From the human T2T-CHM13v2.0 reference genome, Homo sapiens, in NCBI RefSeq assembly GCF_009914755.1, contig NC_060930.1: DNA of 64,000 bases, one strand, 5' to 3'. Shown piece by piece: positions 58,150-64,000 of the stretch (positions within the stretch are counted from its first letter, which is position 1; each line of letters begins with the position of its first letter). The position numbers and the translations under genes were made by a program. A model generated the notes under the pieces. The model was not told where the DNA came from. It searched no databases and worked only from the letters and a program-made list of their open reading frames with translations.

Positions 58150-59002
58150 TAAGAAAAAAACAACCCCATCAAAAAGTGGGCAAAGGATATGAACAGACGC
58201 TTCTCAAAAGAAGACATTTATGCAACCAACAGACATATGAAAAAATGCTCATCATCACTGGTCTTTAGAGAAATGCAAATCAAAACCACAATGAGATACC
58301 ATCTCTGCCAGTTAGAATGGCAATCATTAAAAAGTCAGTAAACAACAGATTCTGGAGACGAAGTGGAGAAATAGGAACGCTTTTACACTGTTGGTGGGAG
58401 TGTAAATTAGTTCAACCATTGTGGAAGACAGTGTGGTGATTCCTCAAGGATCTAAAACCAGAAATACCATTTGACCCAGCAATCCCATTACTGGGTATAT
58501 ACCCAAAGGATTATAAATCATTCTACTATAAAGACACATGCACACGTATGTTTATTGTGGCATGGTTCACAATAGCAAAGACTTGGAACCAACCCAAATG
58601 CCCATCAACGATAGACTGGATAAAGAAAATATGGCACATATACACCATGGAATACTATGCAGCCATAAAAACAGATGAGTTCACGTCCTTTACAGGGACG
58701 TGGATGAAGATGGAAACCATCATTCTCAGCAAACTAACACAAGATCAGAAAACCAAACACCACATGTTCTCACTCGTAAGTGAGAGTTGAACAATGAGAA
58801 CACGTGGACACAGGGAGGGGAATATCACACACCAGGGCCTGTGAGGGGATGGGGGGTAGGGGAGGGATAGCATTAGGAGAAATACCTAACGTGGATGACG
58901 GTTTGATGGGTGCAGCAAACCACCATGGCACGTGTATACCTATGTAACAAACCTGCATGTTCTGTCCATGTGCCCCAGAACTTAAAGTATATATATTTTA
59001 AA
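58150..59002 (+). mobile_element. 5'-truncated L1PA 3' end (older L1PA)
   Basis: ORF2 C-terminus and 3'UTR ending CCCAGAACTTAAAGTATA; TSD AAGTGGGTT at both flanks. Confidence 0.93.
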
Positions 59003-59277
59003 AAGTGGGTTGAAGGAAGGAGGAAGGTCAAAGATGACTTCATGAGTTTCTGGTTTGAGAAACTGAATAGATGATGTGAAAGATAATAACTTGGTAGAAC
59101 AGGTTTGAATGCAACACCAAGAGTTTCATTTAAGACAAGTTGAGTCCAAGTTGAGACACATCAAAATAGGATCTTACATACGCAGCTGGATCACAAATTT
59201 AGATCTCCAGAGTCTTATTCCTAGAACCTAGAACAAAGATCCATCCAGGCAAAGACAATATTTAAATCCAAGAAAAG

Positions 59278-59711
<434 letters not shown>

Positions 59712-60379
59712 TTAGATGTAGGCAGAGGAGGACCCAGCAAAGGAGACAGGATGAGTTGCCAGAAAGGCAGGAGAAAAACAAGGGGAATGGTGCCCCAGCT
59801 GCTAAGAGAGAAGGGTATTTTAAGAGATTATAATAGATTGCATTGAACAATGCTAACACTTCAGTAAGATGGTGGCAGAGGCATGAGAGCTGAGTTGGGA
59901 GGAGGCACACTTCTTCCATAGTAATAACAGGGAACAAGAGAAGGTGTCTGCAAGCCTACATAGTTTTGCAGTTTTGGAAATCCAGGTTTTGTTCTGGTTT
60001 TTATTTTCTCATAATATTTGAGGAAGGAACATCAGCAGTATGGGTGGGATCAGGATGGATGTGAAAGGTTTGAAAAGAAACAAGATGGTGTGATGCAGTG
60101 TGGGAGAGCGCTTACAAGAGAAACTATGTAGGGTTGGCAGACAGTATGTAGCACCAATTTGAGGTCTGAAATGTTTAACATGTTTCAGGAGGCTGCCTGA
60201 GGACAGACAGCAAACAAGAAGGTGATGGTACATTTTACCATGGATAAGGAGTTGTCTGAAAAGTAACACAAAGAGGGAGGGTAAGGGAGTTGAGTATATT
60301 TCTGAAGAAGTGATTATAATGGTGGACCTTATGTGTACTCATGGATATTGACAGCGTAATTTTGAAATTAAGGAGGGTT

Positions 60380-62200
60380 TTTTTTTACTGATTTTTTCAC
60401 CATATCTCTATTTATTTGAATTAAACTTTGTAGTTAAGTATTGTAAATTTTGTTCTTTTAAAAGAATCATATAATCCCTGACTGTACTCTAAAAAGACCG
60501 AAAAATTTATAAAATCTACAAATTCTTATTTGTATACCTGTTTCCTCACTGACCAGTCAATGTCAGTGTCAATCACTTTAATGTATTTTGCTGGTTTAGT
60601 AAGTGTGTGACAGTGATGTACGTTGTTTTACTTTGCTTGATTATGAATGCTAGTAGTGGTGAGGCTTTTATCCATGAAGACTCGCTGTCTGCATTTTCCC
60701 CTAGAATCAGGGCATAAATTCTACATGATTGCATCAAAATAGTTTATCTTTTGGATAATGAGCTCCATTAGTTGTGTTTGTTTAACCTACATTTTTTTAT
60801 TCTGTTATTTCTTCTTAATTATATTTTTGGGCAACTTTTTAGAAATTTGCATTTAAATTGGCTCTATTCTTTTTTATAATATAATCTCCATGTCTTAAAT
60901 ACACAGAAATTTGTTTAATATGAGTGTGCTGCTCTGTTTTATTTTTAAAGGTTTATTAATTCCTGGCTTACTTGGAATTTCATATAGTATGTTGTGTGAA
61001 GGATGACTCCACGTTAATTTTTCTTTATTCTGGTATCCAGTTGTTCCCAAAATATTTATATAACAGTGAGTCCTTTCCACATTTACGTGTTGTTTCTCGC
61101 TTGACATCAATTAAGTTCTCATGATGGGCTGTTTTTTTTTTACTCTAGTCCATTGATTATTCTTTCTGTTATATAGTTTTGACAACATGTTACTTTATGG
61201 TTTATTTTTAAATCTAGCAGCATTTTTGCCATTTAATAATTTTATTACCTGATATTTTTGCTGTCTTTTAAGATGAGTGCTTTTTTACAATGTTTCTAAA
61301 TTTCATAGATCATTCCATAAGATTTTAATGGTTATTGCATTAAATTTGTTGATTACTAAGAATCATGACTTTTGGGGGTTTAGTTAGTCTTCTCAACCAG
61401 TACCAAGATACATCACTAACGGCTTTCCACTATGTATCTGAATCAGATATTAAATTGTCTTTACTTAAACCTCATGTGCCCTGACTCTATTGAGGGTAGC
61501 TATGTATTTTACAACACTATTTTTTTTGACAATTTTTACTTGTAGATTCAAATGAGATTCTTTGCTGAGCTCATGTATTTACCATACATTTTTAAAAATT
61601 TTCTGACATTTTCTAGATCATAATTGTGTGAGTGATGTTGTTTTTAATTCATATTTTTGGACACAGTTCTGTAAGGAGCATGCATTTTGAAAGCTGTTAA
61701 TTTTTCTTTTTTTTTTTTTTTTTCAGTGTCAGGGATAGGTACTTTTTGTCTGTTAACCACTTTTCTTTTGTACATTGTGTTAGCAAGTTGTTTAAGAACA
61801 AATTTAATGCCCTTTTTTGTCAGATTTTAAAAATTTAATATGATTTAACCTGAATGACAGAATTTTAAAATATTCATTTAGACAAGACAGGTCTTCGACT
61901 ATTTTCTAGATTTCAACTTGTCTTTTTTTCTCTGAGGAATATTTTGGTAGGTGAAAGTGTATAGAATTTAGCTTTTCAATTCTAATGAGTGTCTTATTTA
62001 TATTATATGCACCCATTAAATACCTTTATGCAAAAATTGGTGAAAAAGTACTTTTTAGAAACAGAGGACTTTACCTTACTCATTTTGAATATTGTAAACA
62101 ATATGACAGTATTATCTTCAGTCATTCTATGCCTTTATCTTTATTACTGTTATCTTTGCCTTCTTTTTTTCATTTACACAGTGTCTGTAGTTGGCTTTAT
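60380..62200 (-). mobile_element. Old L1M fragments
   Basis: Very T-rich, with degenerate L1 ORF2 antisense motifs such as TATCCAGTTGTTCCCA and GGTTATTGCATTAAATTTGT. Confidence 0.5.
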
Positions 62201-64000
62201 TAAATTTTAAACTGCCAGATGATAGGACTGTGGCTTTTTGAACTGGACCTTAATAGGCCTGACTTTGACAGGCAGAAAAATAAAGCACTCCTGACAGAGA
62301 GAAGTAAAAGGCCATGAGGAGGTGTGGCTGCACGGGTGTGTTTGGGAAGCAGAGAGCAATGTTGTGTGCTGGTGAAGAGAGTTCAGTGAGCAGAGAGAGA
62401 ATCCCGGACAATGTCAGTTGGGGCTGGGTCCTGGGGCACCTTGGATGCTGGGTGAAGGAGTTTGGGCTTATCTTTGTTGCTGAGAAGCCATTTTGAAGGG
62501 AGGACTAACATCAACAAAGGTGAAATGTGACAGATTTCAAGCTGAATGGCAGGCAGAATGGCAGTCCCAATGTCAGAAACATGAAGGTCAAGAGGAGTGG
62601 ACTGCAGAAGAGCTTGGGGAACTGGGCAGCATGTTTGATTCTACCATATTGATTTTGAGCTGCCAACAGGGCAGTAGGCAGCACTTAGCTCTCACTTGGA
62701 AGCATGAGATGGATTGCTAGGAAAAAAGATTTGGTTTTGGAATTCTAAGATCTGAAGGCTCCAGAAAGGAAAGCTAAGGACATAGTCTGAGATAGAAAAG
62801 GGTTGAGGAGCCAACTTCAAGGCTCCTTTTTACAGAAAAAAATGAAGAGGCAAAGAAGCAGTGGCAGAAGGCACAGGTCTAGGAAGGATGGGGTGGAGAG
62901 GAGGTACAGAAAGGCACCTGCGGATTTCATGGCTGGAGATCTCAGGTGACTTTGGAGAGAGAGGCTTTAAAGGAGTGATGAGAAACAAGGCGGCTGGCTG
63001 AGGAATGACGACAGTGAGGAGGTGAAGACAGCAACACCAAACAACTTGACTGTGAGGGCAGCAAGTGAGTAGATGCAAGCGGTGAAGGCTGTTTGTGCTT
63101 TTCAGGACATGAACTCTTGTGCTCGCACAAACAGTTCCACACCAGCCTGCCACCTTCTTCAGCGAGACTCATGAGCGACATCCATGATGCCCATTTATTA
63201 CTTCCCACTCCTATGACTTTTTTATTTCGTCTCTGCTGGGAAATGCCTGCAGGAAACACCCAGTGACGTGACACGTTTTTAGTAACTTTGTGGTGACATC
63301 ACTGTCTTCTCTGCTTACTGCAGCTTTCTGTTCACCAAATGCCCTTGCTGACCCCTCACACACACAGTCCTTTGACCTTGATTTCACCAGGAAATTCTCA
63401 GGCTGGAAAGAACTTTCAGTTGTCTTCACCATCCCCTGACTTCTACCTGTACATCTCCAAAATCTCCTCAAAAAAGATTAAAAAAAAAAAATCTGAAGTG
63501 GGAAAGATTTAGTGAAACACACACTTTTCAGCTAATAGCACATCCTGATCTTTAGTTCACAAATCTCTTCTCGTTTTGTTTTCTATTTTATCATTCACCC
63601 TCCAACTGCCCCCCGAACCATGGGCAGCCATTTAAAGCATTTGTTGTTATTTTTGCTTCTCTTATAGGTCATCAAAAACCTGAAAGCAAAATTTTTTTAG
63701 AAACTCAAATCATTCTTTAACTCCATAGCTTCAAGGACACAGCGACACATCCAGATGCTGATTTAAGATTGAGAGAGAAGGCACTGCCTACCTGGGCTAT
63801 GAGTTTGCACCTAGTAAAGGGCTCTATCTTGTCACTCATCCCAGTGAGGACCAGGCAGCAGAGGTAGCAGAGGGTTGCCATTTCCTCTTTAAGGCAATTC
63901 CCTCCAGACTGGCTCCATGTGTTACTGTAAAATAGTAAGAAGTGCTAGAAGACTGTCATATAACTTTTGTATGTTGAGAGAAAGCACCCTGAAGTCAAGT

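Overview
Human (primate) genomic DNA from the MHC class I TRIM cluster. The window holds the 5' 4.9 kb of a minus-strand, disabled L1PA2/3-type LINE-1. It also holds the complete minus-strand TRIM31 gene: 9 exons, with the CDS reconstructed from splice sites as 417+96+231+23+116+75+66+254 = 1278 nt = 425 aa (RING, B-box, coiled coil, no B30.2). There is a probable plus-strand antisense transcript unit (TRIM31-AS1), the promoter and first two exons of plus-strand TRIM40, CpG-rich islands, and dense Alu/LTR/MER/L1/L2/MIR repeats. The main finding is a complete but decommissioned PRY-SPRY (B30.2) exon at 20152-20672 (-), about 0.5 kb past the TRIM31 poly(A) signal. It has no frameshift, carries two nonsense codons at conserved Cys and Glu positions, and its splice acceptor reads CGG instead of CAG. 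It is exactly in phase with TRIM31 exon 8. The present last exon (84 aa, unusual AAG acceptor, own AATAAA) looks like a newly recruited replacement. Repeat family names and motif calls are by eye and from memory, not from searches.
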